A stretch of 64,000 nucleotides of DNA from Clostridia bacterium (GCA_017411745.1 JAFQPM010000005.1:5145-69144); one strand, 5' to 3'; shown: positions 45,372 to 54,967, numbered from the stretch's first letter. Translations and numbers: made by a program. Notes: generated by a model from the sequence alone, not told the origin.

Positions 45372-45478
45372 CTCAAAAACGTCGATTTTTGGCGTTTTAG
45401 CCTGCTAAAATATGCCATTTTAATTTGAAATTTTTTGTGAATTGTTTGATAACTAATTTGTTATAAGGATGTGTAAGG

Positions 45479-46219
45479 ATGAACATTTACGACAACGAAA
45501 GCATGGGCAAGATGACCGAAAAGCAGAGTATTTCTCCCGCGGTCATTCGCAGACTGCCGAGATACTATCGCTATCTTTGCGAGCTGATCGCAAAGGGAAA
45601 GACTCGCATAAGCTCGGGTGAGCTGGCTCACATGATGAACGTTACCGCTTCGCAGATCCGTCAGGATCTTAACTGCTTCGGCGGCTTCGGTCAGCACGGT
45701 TACGGCTACAACGTGAACTATCTTTTCGCAAAAATAAGCGAGATACTCGGGGTCAGTGCGGGCTTTAACGCTATTATAATCGGCGCGGGCGACCTTGGCC
45801 GTGCGCTCGTGCACCTGTCGATGTTCGAAAAGAGAGGCGTTGATATCAGCGCGCTCTTTGACACGGGTAACGATGCCGAGGGCAAGGATTGCGCGGGCGT
45901 GCCCGTATATCCTATTTCCCAGCTCGAGAGCTTCTGCGCGGAGAACAAGGTCGATATTGCGGTGCTCGCTTGTCCCAAGCAGTACGTTAAGGAGATCGCG
46001 GACAGGTGCGTTAAGCTCGGTCTGAAGGGCCTTTGGAACTATATGGGAGTTGAGCTTGACTACACCGACGACGATATTATCGTTGAAAACGTGCATCTTG
46101 GCGACTCGCTGATGATAATGAATTGCCGCATCTGTCGCAATATGAGCGACGACAAGGCTTCGTCCGACGGCGACGTTTCGGAGAATGAATGGCAGGACGA
46201 CAAGGAGAGTGAATTTTAA
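45479..46219 (+). CDS. rex: Redox-sensing transcriptional repressor Rex
   Basis: ISPAVIRRLPRYYRYLCEL...SSGELAHMMNVTASQIRQDLNCFGGFGQHGYGYNV, plus the Rossmann motif IIIGAGDLGRAL. Confidence 0.92.
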   Translation: MNIYDNESMGKMTEKQSISPAVIRRLPRYYRYLCELIAKGKTRISSGELAHMMNVTASQIRQDLNCFGGFGQHGYGYNVNYLFAKISEILGVSAGFNAIIIGAGDLGRALVHLSMFEKRGVDISALFDTGNDAEGKDCAGVPVYPISQLESFCAENKVDIAVLACPKQYVKEIADRCVKLGLKGLWNYMGVELDYTDDDIIVENVHLGDSLMIMNCRICRNMSDDKASSDGDVSENEWQDDKESEF

Positions 46220-47209
46220 GTGAAGTATATAATCAATTACGGTTGCAAGGTTGCCGTCGTTCCCGAAAAGGCGCTTGAGGTAAGCGCGAGGGCGGGAGCT
46301 GTTGAGCTTCGGGTCCTGCTCGGGCTTTGCGCTCTCGGCGGCAGCGTTGATATAAAGAAGCTTGCGCGGTCGCTCTCGTGCTCCGAGGACGACGTAAAGA
46401 GTGCGTTGGCATTCTGGAGAGGCGCGGGTGTTATTGAGCTTGGTGACTCGAAGGAAACTGCTTCAGATGAGCCTGCGGCAGAGGCTGTCGTTGCGTCCCA
46501 AAAGTTTGATGAGAAGGCTACAGAGGTTTCTCGCGAGGCTGTAAAGAAGCTTCGCAGAGCCGACGAGCTGCCGCAGTACACCTCTGATCAGCTTTCTGAC
46601 ATTCTTGAGCAAAGAAAAGAGACTGCGACGTTGATCGACGAGTGTCAGCATATTATGGGTAAGGTGTTTAACGTCAAGGAGATCAACGTTCTGATGGGAC
46701 TCGTTGATTATCTTGAGCTTGACTGTGAGTACATAATGATGCTTTTGACCTATTGCGTTTCATTGGGTAAAAAGACTCTGCATTATGCCGAAAAGCTGGC
46801 ATTTGCGCTTTACGATGCGGGAATTACTACGGGGGAGCAGCTTTCCGAGGAGCTTCGTCGACGCGAACTTGCATCTGACGCGGAGGGCAAGATCAGGACG
46901 CTTTTCGGAGTTGGAGAGAGAGCTTTTACCACGAAGGAAAAGAAGTTTATTTCCTCTTGGATCAACGATATGAATTATTCGATCGAGATAATCGAGAAGG
47001 CTTACGAGGTCACTGCCGACGCGACGGGCAAGGGCTCGTTTCCTTACGCGAACACGGTTCTTGAGCGTTGGAATGCGGCAGGGCTCAGAACTCTTGAGGA
47101 AATAGAGGCGTCGTATAAAAAGAGTGGATCAGAGGGTCCTGCAGTCGGCAGCTTTGATACCGACAGCTTCTTTGAGGCGGCTGTAAGGCGCAGTCTTGGA
47201 AACAATTGA
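46220..47209 (+). CDS. DnaD-domain replication initiation protein (B. subtilis DnaB/DnaD-like)
   Basis: Two DnaD/DnaB_2-like segments (EINVLMGLVDYLELDCEYIMMLLTYC; ISSWINDMNYSIEIIEKAYEVT...VLERWNAAGLRTLEEIE). The GTG start abuts the rex TAA stop. Confidence 0.83.
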   Translation: MKYIINYGCKVAVVPEKALEVSARAGAVELRVLLGLCALGGSVDIKKLARSLSCSEDDVKSALAFWRGAGVIELGDSKETASDEPAAEAVVASQKFDEKATEVSREAVKKLRRADELPQYTSDQLSDILEQRKETATLIDECQHIMGKVFNVKEINVLMGLVDYLELDCEYIMMLLTYCVSLGKKTLHYAEKLAFALYDAGITTGEQLSEELRRRELASDAEGKIRTLFGVGERAFTTKEKKFISSWINDMNYSIEIIEKAYEVTADATGKGSFPYANTVLERWNAAGLRTLEEIEASYKKSGSEGPAVGSFDTDSFFEAAVRRSLGNN

Positions 47210-47227
47210 CGTTGTTAGGAGTTTTTT

Positions 47228-48190
47228 ATGGGTTTTAACAGAGAAAATTACGCTAAAATAAAGAGCGAATACGACGGTAAGTATCTTCGCGCGGTCGAAC
47301 AGGCTCAATTCAGGCGCGCAGAGATACACGCAAAGCTCCCTGAAATTGCGAAAATAGACGGTGAGCTGTCGGCTTCGGGTATGAGAGTCTTTGAGGCCTC
47401 GGTCAGCGGCGATCGTGCTATGGTCGACAGGATCAATGAGGAAAATCGTGCTCTCTTGAAGAAAAGAGCTGATATTCTCGTTGCGGCGGGATTCCCCGCA
47501 AACTATACCGAGATAAGATACGAGTGCTCGGAGTGCGGCGACACGGGTACGGTGGGTTACCGCATGTGCAGATGTATGCGTGACAAGCTTATCAAGGCGG
47601 GGCTTGAGTCCTCGGGAATGTACGAGCTTATAAAGACGCAGAGCTTTGATAATTTTGAGCTGAAGTATTACTCGGGCGATGCGCTTCCCAGAATGAAGGC
47701 TATTTTTGATATTGCAAAAAAATATGCAGAGGACTTTGAGGCTGAAAAGTCTGGCAGTATTCTGATGATGGGCGGCACAGGCCTTGGAAAGACGCATCTT
47801 TCAAGTGCTATGGGCGGTGTTATCATCGAAAAGGGAAACGACGTTTATTATGCTAATGCGGTCGATATGCTTGCTGATTTTGAAAAGGAAAAGTTCGGCA
47901 ATCTGCGTTCGAGCGAGTCTGCAGACACAGAAAAGTATTTTTCTTGCAATCTTCTTATAATCGACGATCTCGGAACAGAGCTTGTAAGTCAGTTCAGCAC
48001 GTCCTGTCTTTACAATCTCATAAATTCCCGTCTTATAAGGAAGAAATCTACTATAATCAACACTAATTTCACCAAAGAGGAAATGAGAAAGAAGTATCAG
48101 GATAGGATCACGAGCCGTATTTTCGGTGAATATCTCGTTTTGCCGTTTGCAGGCACGGATATTCGCGAGAAAAAGCTTTTTGCGAAATGA
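47228..48190 (+). CDS. DnaC/DnaI-like helicase-loader AAA+ ATPase
   Basis: Zinc motif CSECGDTGTVGYRMCRCM; Walker A MMGGTGLGKTHL; Walker B LLIIDDLGTE. Confidence 0.88.
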   Translation: MGFNRENYAKIKSEYDGKYLRAVEQAQFRRAEIHAKLPEIAKIDGELSASGMRVFEASVSGDRAMVDRINEENRALLKKRADILVAAGFPANYTEIRYECSECGDTGTVGYRMCRCMRDKLIKAGLESSGMYELIKTQSFDNFELKYYSGDALPRMKAIFDIAKKYAEDFEAEKSGSILMMGGTGLGKTHLSSAMGGVIIEKGNDVYYANAVDMLADFEKEKFGNLRSSESADTEKYFSCNLLIIDDLGTELVSQFSTSCLYNLINSRLIRKKSTIINTNFTKEEMRKKYQDRITSRIFGEYLVLPFAGTDIREKKLFAK

Positions 48191-48200
48191 TATTTAAAAA

Positions 48201-48235
48201 GCAACGAAAAATCACGGTTTTTCGTTGCTTTTTTG
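48201..48235 (+). terminator. Rho-independent terminator
   Basis: gcaacgaaaaa / tttttcgttgc hairpin followed by tttttt. Confidence 0.9.
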
Positions 48236-48303
48236 TATATTGGTCGTTTTTGTGTGCATACTACTCTTGAATTCACTTCGAATTGCGAAAGGATTTTGTA
48301 GAT

Positions 48304-48750
48304 ATGCAAGAATTAAAAACCAAAGAAGCGGAAATGCTCGAACAGTTATATAAAAACGTTAAGATGGGCTCTGATTCTATCGTGAAGCTGCTCCCGAAGG
48401 TCAGCGATGGCAAGTTCAAGACCGATATTACCGATCAGCTCAACGGTTATGAATCGTTGGCATCGAAAATAAAGGCGCACCTTAAGAATATGGGTGTTGA
48501 AGCCAAGGAAGAAAACGCTATGGTAAAGCTCTGGAGCAATATCGGAATATCCGTCAACGCTATGATGGACTCCACTGACAGCCATCTGGCGCAGATGATC
48601 TCCGAGGGCTCGAATATGGGTATCACGGACTCGATCAAGCTGCTTCGTGAATATGAGAACACTAACGTATCCGAGGCCGCTTTGAAGCTTGTTCGCGAGG
48701 TCATTGAATTTGAGGAGAACAATCTCGAGCGCGCAAAAAATTATCTTTGA
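48304..48750 (+). CDS. Hypothetical cytoplasmic all-helical protein
   Basis: 148 aa with helical heptad-like composition and no motif recognised. The ATG at 48304 is internal to track ORF 48283-48750. Confidence 0.55.
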   Translation: MQELKTKEAEMLEQLYKNVKMGSDSIVKLLPKVSDGKFKTDITDQLNGYESLASKIKAHLKNMGVEAKEENAMVKLWSNIGISVNAMMDSTDSHLAQMISEGSNMGITDSIKLLREYENTNVSEAALKLVREVIEFEENNLERAKNYL

Positions 48751-48766
48751 CATCAAATAAAAAAGT

Positions 48767-48800
48767 GGGCATCCTGCGGTTGCAGAATGCCCGTTTTTTG
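48767..48800. terminator. Bidirectional terminator between convergent genes
   Basis: gggcat-cctgc..gcaga-atgccc hairpin, with an A-run upstream and gttttttg downstream. Confidence 0.85.
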
Positions 48801-48810
48801 TTATTTGAAA

Positions 48811-51800
48811 TTATTCGCCGAGAGATTCGAGGTATGCGCTCGTATCCTCGCACATTGCTACGAATGCGATATCGATTGTAAGTCCCGTGGGAATTCCGTC
48901 CGGGTGGTTGAGCGCGTCAAGACGGATATATTTAGCGATATATTCGCCGTTTGCGTCAGGTGTGAAGGTGCCGCCGCTACCGAGTGTAGCATCGAGAATT
49001 ACGAGATGCCATTCACCGTCTGCTACAAGAAGCTCCTTGCCGAGCGTGTTGATATGGTCACCTGCGGTTGCATCGGTGTTGTTGGTGCTCGTGAAGCACT
49101 CGATGAAAAGATTTTCGGTAATCAGAGCCGCATGCTCGGCGGCAATGCGATACTTAATTACGATATACTGACCCGTCACTTCGTTTCCTCCCGCGTATAT
49201 GTTGAGGAAGGCTTCGGGTATGCTCTTTTCCGTGCCGATGGTCACGTAGCTTTCGTCGTCTGCAAGAGTTTTGGAAACTCCCGAGTTTCCGAGTGCTGCA
49301 GCGATGGTCGAGGAATCGATGAAGAGATCAAAATAGTCTGCGTCACTTGCTTCACCCGTTCCCGAGGAAACGTAGATCACGGAGCTGGTGTTTTCGTTTT
49401 GTACGAGGTCTACGGACACCATATCCTTATTGATCTCGAGAGCTGCATCAAGGCTGTCGCAGAGAGCTACGTACTGAAGATCAATATACGAGGTAGCAGA
49501 CATAGCTGCGTTGAATATATCGAATCTGAAGTATTTGGTAGAATAGCTGCCGTCTTCGTTTGCAACGAAGTTTTCAAGCTTGAATGCCGCAAGATCGATG
49601 ACCATAACGTGCCATTCGCCGTCTTTCTTGACATCGCGGGACAGCATCCAGTCCTTAGAGCCGATGATGTCAGTCGCTTCGGTTCCGATGTATACCTGGA
49701 AGTGACCGGGATCGGTATCGTTAGTAGTGGGAACTCTGTACTTGACGACTACGTATCCGCCTGTGGTTTCGGCAGTTATGGGGAGAGAGAAGTACTTTTC
49801 TGCGCTTGTGCCGTCGCCGTAGATACGAACGCAGGTGTCGTCCTCTTCAAGAGCAGCGCCTGTGATTACCGAGATGTCGGATGCGCCCCAATAGTTCTCT
49901 ATATCGGGGGTGTCGTCGGGCTTTTCGGGTTCGACCCAACCCGTGAATTCCTCGGAGGCTTCTACCTTGAAGGTTCTTGTCTGGTCGCCTGTGAGCGTGG
50001 TTACGAAGGAGTAGGAGAAGGTTCCGTCTCCGTCGTAGTGCACGGCATAGCCGTCGTAGAGGTGAGCGTTGCCATATTTGTCGGGAGTCGTCGCGGAGCT
50101 TACGTCAACGAGCACCCATTCGCCGTCAACGAGCTCGTAAAGCTTGGGAGCTGTGAGAAGATCAAATCCGTATACACGGAAGGTCACGTTGTTCTCTCCG
50201 CCCGAGAGGGTAAAGGTTGCGTCCTTACCATTGGTGGTCTTGATCGAGGGGAGGAACTCGCTATCAAGAACGGTTGCGTTCTCAACTGCGGTTGCCTTGA
50301 AGGGATCGAGAAGCGAGTTTTCACGAACGTCTCTTACGTTCTGGTCGGGGGCAACGGAGGTGTCACCGTTTCTGTACGCCTGGTTCCACCAAGGCATAAT
50401 GATCGCGTTGATGGTGACGGTCGCTCCTGCCTTGATCGTCTGCGTGCCGTCGATGTTGAGGGTAAGCGATCCCGTGCCGTCCTTCTCGTATACTGCAAAG
50501 TTGACACCGTCGTCGCTGCCGTCGGCGTTAAGGTCGACGAAGGAGTTATAGATAAGGAAGGAAACGTCTGCCATCTGCGTGCCGGGGGTATTGGAGGTCT
50601 CGTACATATCGAAATAGGGACAATCGGTGCCGAGCACGTACTTGGTTCCTTCGGTCATGGTAGCTATTTCAGCAACTGCGCCGTTTTCGCCCCAATAGCC
50701 AAGCTTTGCGTAGCCATCGCCGTATGCGCGGACTGCGTAGAAGGAGAAGTTCTTGTAGAACTCGTTGATGGTAATATCCTCCTTGACGGTGTACTGCATC
50801 GTGTAGTACGCTCTGTTCTCGTCGAGCTGAGGCATTTCCATATGAGTGTAGGTAACCTCGATCTTGCCGTCGTCGGAGAAGTAGGTCAGGTCGATATCTG
50901 CGTAGGTAGGACCTGCCGCCTCGATGTTGTTGACGATGCTATCCGAATTCACGAGGTTTCCGTCGCTGTCGGTATACTGCAGGAAGTAATGGAATCCGCC
51001 GTTGTCGTGCTGGGGATCTCCTGCCCAAAGGGGAGCAGACGCTGCTCTGTGGTCGGGGAGGGTCTGGAGGTCCTTATTGTAAACGTAGTAGTTCGCAATA
51101 CAGTTACTCTCGGTTACACCTGTAGAAAGGTGATAGTAGGGAGCAAAGAACTGGATCGAGGATATCTGCTTAAGCGGATATTTACCCCAGTTCATATAAA
51201 GCTGAAGCACGGTGAGCTCCTGAGTCTCTCCTGCGGAAAGTGCTACGGGGAATCTTACCTCACTGTACTTGATATCGCCCCAAGCCCAGATCGGCTCTTC
51301 AAACTCGTTTGCGAAGTTCTTGGAGACCTCTACGGGTATGGGAAGCATCATATCGTTACCGTCGAGCACTGCACCGCACTCGATGCTGGTAGAGTATGTG
51401 TATGCGAGAACGTACATATTACGGTCGTAGTCATCACCCTTTACGGAGAAGGATACTGCGCCGTGGAAGTTCTGTTCGTGATAGTATGCGGTGTTGAAGC
51501 CTATGTTTTCAGCTACGGTGAACGCGTAGATTCCGCGGAGACCGTCGTATCCGTCGAAGGTTGCGTTTACGGTCTTGTCGGTGTTGATAACGATATTTTC
51601 CTTGGTAAGAGGATTGCGCTCTATGTACGCTTCCTCAAGGAATTCGGCGAAATCGTGAGAAGCGTCGGTGTATATTCTCTGACCGAAGAAGTAGTCGGTC
51701 TTGGAGCTGTAGATGTCGGTGCTGGTGCCCTGGAAGCCTGCTACCTCCTGCTGTGTGTATACGGTCTTGTGAGCATCAAGCTTTCCTCCCTCGGGAACTG

Positions 51801-53121
51801 TGGCCTGCTTGATGACGTAGTTGCCGTCCTCAAGAGTAACGGTAAGAGTGCCGCTGGTTTCGTCGGTTGCGAGAATGTATCCGAAGATACCTGTACCCTT
51901 GATGTCGAAGCCTACGTATTCTGCGCTTGCCCAGTCGATGCCGTTAAGATCGTAGTGGAGACCGTTCTTGTCGTATACTACGAGCTTATCTACGGTGTTT
52001 TCCGCGATCTTGGTGATCATACCGATCTCCTTGATGCCCGTTACGTCTTCTGTTGCGATGAGGCGGGCGATCTGATGGAGCTTATCGGTGTAGGTGTGGA
52101 GGTTTCTGTCAAGCAGGATCTTGGGAGCTCCGTCGTCGTTTACGTTGACGAGCTTGACGCTCGAGACCTCGATCGTTTCGCCTACCTCGCCGTTAAAGTC
52201 GAAGCGGAAGCCGTTGATGTTTCCGTCGAAATTCTTAACGGTGCCCTGATCCAAGCGAATGGTGTAGGTGTGGAACTCACCGTCGTTCTTGGTGTAGAAG
52301 GTTACGTGCTGATCGTTGGTGTAGCTGTTGATACCGCCTGCGGAGAAGTATACGTCGACGTTGGTGGTCGAGGTGACCTTCATAGTGATCTGAAGCGCGT
52401 TTGCCTCGGATGTGGGAACCTTGAACGTGTCTATTTCCGTGAAGAAATAGGGGTCGCGGTTGCTTTCAATCGTGGATTTGAGAACGCCGCCCGTAGGATC
52501 GGGTCTGGTCATATCGTTCGACTTCTTAAACAGCTTCAAGCTGATATCCTTAACATCGGATATGGTCGTATCTCCTGCGAAGTTCTGTCCGTAAAGGCGG
52601 ATATCATAGTAGTAGTATCCGTAACGGAAGATGTTCGACTCCGCGTCGTAGAACGAGCCCGAGGAGTAGTAGGTCTTGCCGTTCTCCATAGCAACGTACA
52701 CGTCCATAGTGTCGGTCACGTATGCGTTACCCTTCTTATTTGTGATGGTAACGAGCTGTTTTTCGGTGCTCGTGAGGGGATAGTTGAGATTCATATTACC
52801 GTTCTCTACGCGATAGTGCTCACGCGCAGGATCGGTGAAATACGAGGTCACGCCGTTTTTGAGATTGTCGGCGTTCTCAATAAGCTGGGCATAGGGACCT
52901 TCGAGCTTGGGGTCGTTCGATACGGTGGTCTCCTCCTCGGTGGTCTCCTCGTCACCTTTTGTGGTGTCTTCGGTGCCACTTGTGGTTCCCTCGGTGGTGT
53001 TTTCCGAGCCTTGTGTTGTGGTCTCATCGCCTCCCGTGGGGGTCTTGCACGCTGCCAACATGCCCGCGGTCATGACTGCAACGAGAAGGAGAGCGATAAG
53101 CGCTAAGCTTCTTTTTTTCAT
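48811..53121 (-). CDS. Giant lipoprotein of unknown function (1436 aa) with Thr/Glu-rich linker and two paralogous C-terminal ~150-aa modules
   Basis: Lipobox MKKRSLALIALLLVAVMTAGMLAAC; AGAGAGGA RBS; consensus promoter upstream. The repeated C-terminal signature is KYR...DGEWH...KY-R-D...ID..VA-C. Confidence 0.82.
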   Translation of the reverse strand: MKKRSLALIALLLVAVMTAGMLAACKTPTGGDETTTQGSENTTEGTTSGTEDTTKGDEETTEEETTVSNDPKLEGPYAQLIENADNLKNGVTSYFTDPAREHYRVENGNMNLNYPLTSTEKQLVTITNKKGNAYVTDTMDVYVAMENGKTYYSSGSFYDAESNIFRYGYYYYDIRLYGQNFAGDTTISDVKDISLKLFKKSNDMTRPDPTGGVLKSTIESNRDPYFFTEIDTFKVPTSEANALQITMKVTSTTNVDVYFSAGGINSYTNDQHVTFYTKNDGEFHTYTIRLDQGTVKNFDGNINGFRFDFNGEVGETIEVSSVKLVNVNDDGAPKILLDRNLHTYTDKLHQIARLIATEDVTGIKEIGMITKIAENTVDKLVVYDKNGLHYDLNGIDWASAEYVGFDIKGTGIFGYILATDETSGTLTVTLEDGNYVIKQATVPEGGKLDAHKTVYTQQEVAGFQGTSTDIYSSKTDYFFGQRIYTDASHDFAEFLEEAYIERNPLTKENIVINTDKTVNATFDGYDGLRGIYAFTVAENIGFNTAYYHEQNFHGAVSFSVKGDDYDRNMYVLAYTYSTSIECGAVLDGNDMMLPIPVEVSKNFANEFEEPIWAWGDIKYSEVRFPVALSAGETQELTVLQLYMNWGKYPLKQISSIQFFAPYYHLSTGVTESNCIANYYVYNKDLQTLPDHRAASAPLWAGDPQHDNGGFHYFLQYTDSDGNLVNSDSIVNNIEAAGPTYADIDLTYFSDDGKIEVTYTHMEMPQLDENRAYYTMQYTVKEDITINEFYKNFSFYAVRAYGDGYAKLGYWGENGAVAEIATMTEGTKYVLGTDCPYFDMYETSNTPGTQMADVSFLIYNSFVDLNADGSDDGVNFAVYEKDGTGSLTLNIDGTQTIKAGATVTINAIIMPWWNQAYRNGDTSVAPDQNVRDVRENSLLDPFKATAVENATVLDSEFLPSIKTTNGKDATFTLSGGENNVTFRVYGFDLLTAPKLYELVDGEWVLVDVSSATTPDKYGNAHLYDGYAVHYDGDGTFSYSFVTTLTGDQTRTFKVEASEEFTGWVEPEKPDDTPDIENYWGASDISVITGAALEEDDTCVRIYGDGTSAEKYFSLPITAETTGGYVVVKYRVPTTNDTDPGHFQVYIGTEATDIIGSKDWMLSRDVKKDGEWHVMVIDLAAFKLENFVANEDGSYSTKYFRFDIFNAAMSATSYIDLQYVALCDSLDAALEINKDMVSVDLVQNENTSSVIYVSSGTGEASDADYFDLFIDSSTIAAALGNSGVSKTLADDESYVTIGTEKSIPEAFLNIYAGGNEVTGQYIVIKYRIAAEHAALITENLFIECFTSTNNTDATAGDHINTLGKELLVADGEWHLVILDATLGSGGTFTPDANGEYIAKYIRLDALNHPDGIPTGLTIDIAFVAMCEDTSAYLESLGE

Positions 53122-53172
53122 AATCAGGTCCTCTCTTTTTTTGTAATAAAGATGTATAATCCCTATGGAAAT

Positions 53173-53201
53173 ATTATACCTTTTTTTATATAATATGTCA
53201 A
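53173..53201 (-). promoter_or_regulatory. Perfect consensus sigma-A promoter (TTGACA-17-TATAAT) of the giant lipoprotein gene
   Basis: On the minus strand: TTGACA (53201-53196), 17-nt spacer, TATAAT (53178-53173). Confidence 0.72.
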
Positions 53202-53251
53202 GTAATATTTTCGGAGTTTATAGCACAATCTTAATTTGGTGCGTGGCGTTT

Positions 53252-53683
53252 TTATTTTAGAAAATCGTACAGGTGCTCGATCGCGACTTTGTATCCTTCA
53301 AAGCCAAGTCCCATAACGGTTTTTATTGCCGTGAGGGAGATATACGAGTGCTTTCTGAATTCGTCGCGAGAGTTTATGTCAGAAATATGCACCTCGACGG
53401 TTGGTATCGAAACCGCTTTGAGTGCGTCGAGAATGGCTACGGAGGTGTGCGTATAAGCGGCGGGATTTATTACTATTCCGTCGAATTTTCCGTAAGCATC
53501 CTGTATCTTATCGACTATTGCACCCTCATGATTGGATTGGAATATCTCGTGGTCAACTCCAAGCTCTTTGCAGGTATCGTCTATCAGCGCACAGAGTGAT
53601 GCGTAATTTTGATTTCCGTATATTTCGGGCTCGCGGAGTCCGAGAAGATTGAGATTGGGGCCGTTTATTATCAATATTTTCAT
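53252..53683 (-). CDS. aroQ: Type II 3-dehydroquinate dehydratase
   Basis: MKILIINGPNLNLLGLREPEIYG...HISDINSRDEFR. Confidence 0.95.
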   Translation of the reverse strand: MKILIINGPNLNLLGLREPEIYGNQNYASLCALIDDTCKELGVDHEIFQSNHEGAIVDKIQDAYGKFDGIVINPAAYTHTSVAILDALKAVSIPTVEVHISDINSRDEFRKHSYISLTAIKTVMGLGFEGYKVAIEHLYDFLK

Positions 53684-53687
53684 TTTT

Positions 53688-54920
53688 CTATGCCTTTTCG
53701 TACTTTTTTAATATTTCGGAGGCGCATTCCTCGGGTGTCACGTTGTTTGACACCTCAAAGTCGCATATCTCGCGGTAGAGGGGAAGTCGTGTGCGATACA
53801 TCTCCTCAAGCTTATTTTGTTGGGAGAGTGGGCGGTCATTGGTGGGTAGGCTATCAAGGCTGCGGTGAATGAAGAATATCTTGCCGTTTTGGCGCAGGGG
53901 GTCGAAGTTTTCGCGTCTTGTGACGACTCCGCCGCCGGTTGAGATTATCATTCCACTCATTTTGCCCGCGTTTTTGACCTCTGCGTGCTCGATCTCGCGG
54001 AATTTTTCTTCTCCGTCGGTCTTTATTATCTCGGCTGGGGTTCTTCCTTGCGAGGCGGTTATCATTTCGTCGGTGTCGATGAATTTTCGGCCCGTCGCCT
54101 CGGAGAGAAGCTTGCCGACGGTGGTTTTGCCGCTGCCCGGCATTCCAACGAGGATTATATTGCCGGTTTGTTTGGCGATCAGAGTGTTTATGCGGTCTAT
54201 TTCGCTGTCCGCTATCTTTTCGTCAAGGAAAAACTCGCACGCCCTTTTGGCTTGGGCGACGAGCATTGGAAGTCCGTTTACATAGGGTATTCCGAGGTGC
54301 TCGGCATCCAGCAAAAGCTTGGTCTTTGCAGGGTTGAAGATCATATCGAGAACGCCTTTGCAGCTCTTGAACTTGTCAAGAGTGACGGGGGATTCTCCAT
54401 TTGTTCTCGGGTACATTCCAACGGGGGTGCAGTTGATTATTACGTCGGTGTCGGGGCATTTTTCGTAGACGTTCTCGTAATTGATCTCGCCCGAGCGCGA
54501 AACGAAGGTGATCATTTTTGCGCCGAGGTCCTCACTTACGGTCTTGGCGGTCAGAGACGCGCCGCCCGTGCCGAGAATCAGGATGTTTTTATTCTTTATC
54601 TCTATTCCGCTGTGGTTTACGGTGTATAAAAAGCCGTAGTAGTCGGTATTATAGCCGCACTTCTTGCCGTTTTTCTTCTTTACGACGGTGTTTACCGCGC
54701 CGATCCGTCGAGCTTCGGCGGAGATCTCGTCGAGGTAGGGCATTACGGTCTTTTTATAGGGTATGGTTACGTTTATGCAGTCGTATCTGTCGCTCTCGAG
54801 GAAGCCTTTGACCTCGCTCTCCTGCATCTCGAAAAGCTCGTAGGAATAGTCGGCGAGCTCTTTATGTATCTGCGGAGAAAAGCTATGGCCGAGCTTCTCG
54901 CCTATAAGACCGCATCTCAT
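53688..54920 (-). CDS. aroE-aroK: Fused shikimate dehydrogenase / shikimate kinase
   Basis: N-terminal GLIGEKLGHSFSPQIH and NVTIPYK (AroE). C-terminal NIILVGMPGSGKTTVGKLLSEATGRKFIDTD (AroK P-loop). ATG 54920 preferred over 54941. Confidence 0.9.
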   Translation of the reverse strand: MRCGLIGEKLGHSFSPQIHKELADYSYELFEMQESEVKGFLESDRYDCINVTIPYKKTVMPYLDEISAEARRIGAVNTVVKKKNGKKCGYNTDYYGFLYTVNHSGIEIKNKNILILGTGGASLTAKTVSEDLGAKMITFVSRSGEINYENVYEKCPDTDVIINCTPVGMYPRTNGESPVTLDKFKSCKGVLDMIFNPAKTKLLLDAEHLGIPYVNGLPMLVAQAKRACEFFLDEKIADSEIDRINTLIAKQTGNIILVGMPGSGKTTVGKLLSEATGRKFIDTDEMITASQGRTPAEIIKTDGEEKFREIEHAEVKNAGKMSGMIISTGGGVVTRRENFDPLRQNGKIFFIHRSLDSLPTNDRPLSQQNKLEEMYRTRLPLYREICDFEVSNNVTPEECASEILKKYEKA

Positions 54921-54967
54921 ATTTTGTTTTCCTGTTATCATTTTTTCTGCTTTCTGCCGTCTTGGCG

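Noticed and set aside
45011-45418. 135-aa minus-strand ORF covering the tsaD-rex intergenic region
   Set aside because: The region is the DnaA-box cluster. The peptide motifs (FPQ, HICGKP) are just translated DnaA boxes, and there is no RBS.
45431-45460. Rex operator in front of rex (TTGTGAA half-site)
   Set aside because: Only the left half (TTGTGAA) matches. The expected right half, TTCACAA after a 6-nt gap, reads GATAACT. That is not a credible palindrome.
45209-45470. This locus as the chromosomal origin oriC
   Set aside because: No dnaA, dnaN or rpmH is adjacent. Gene orientation does not diverge from this point: three plus-strand genes lie immediately to the left, and a 12-kb minus-strand block lies to the right. 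A secondary DnaA-box cluster or DnaA-regulated promoter is more parsimonious. Whole-genome GC skew would be needed to exclude oriC fully.
48787-53106. 1439-aa plus-strand ORF exactly antisense to the giant lipoprotein gene
   Set aside because: It shares codon boundaries with the minus-strand gene (48787 and 48811 are congruent mod 3). Its stops can therefore only arise from sense TTA/CTA/TCA codons, which the real gene avoids. The single TTA at codon 6 creates the shadow ORF's stop at 53104-53106. The translation is Val/Gly/Cys/Arg-rich with no signal or motifs, and its ATG sits inside the terminator hairpin with no RBS. The minus-strand gene has a lipobox, an RBS and a consensus promoter.
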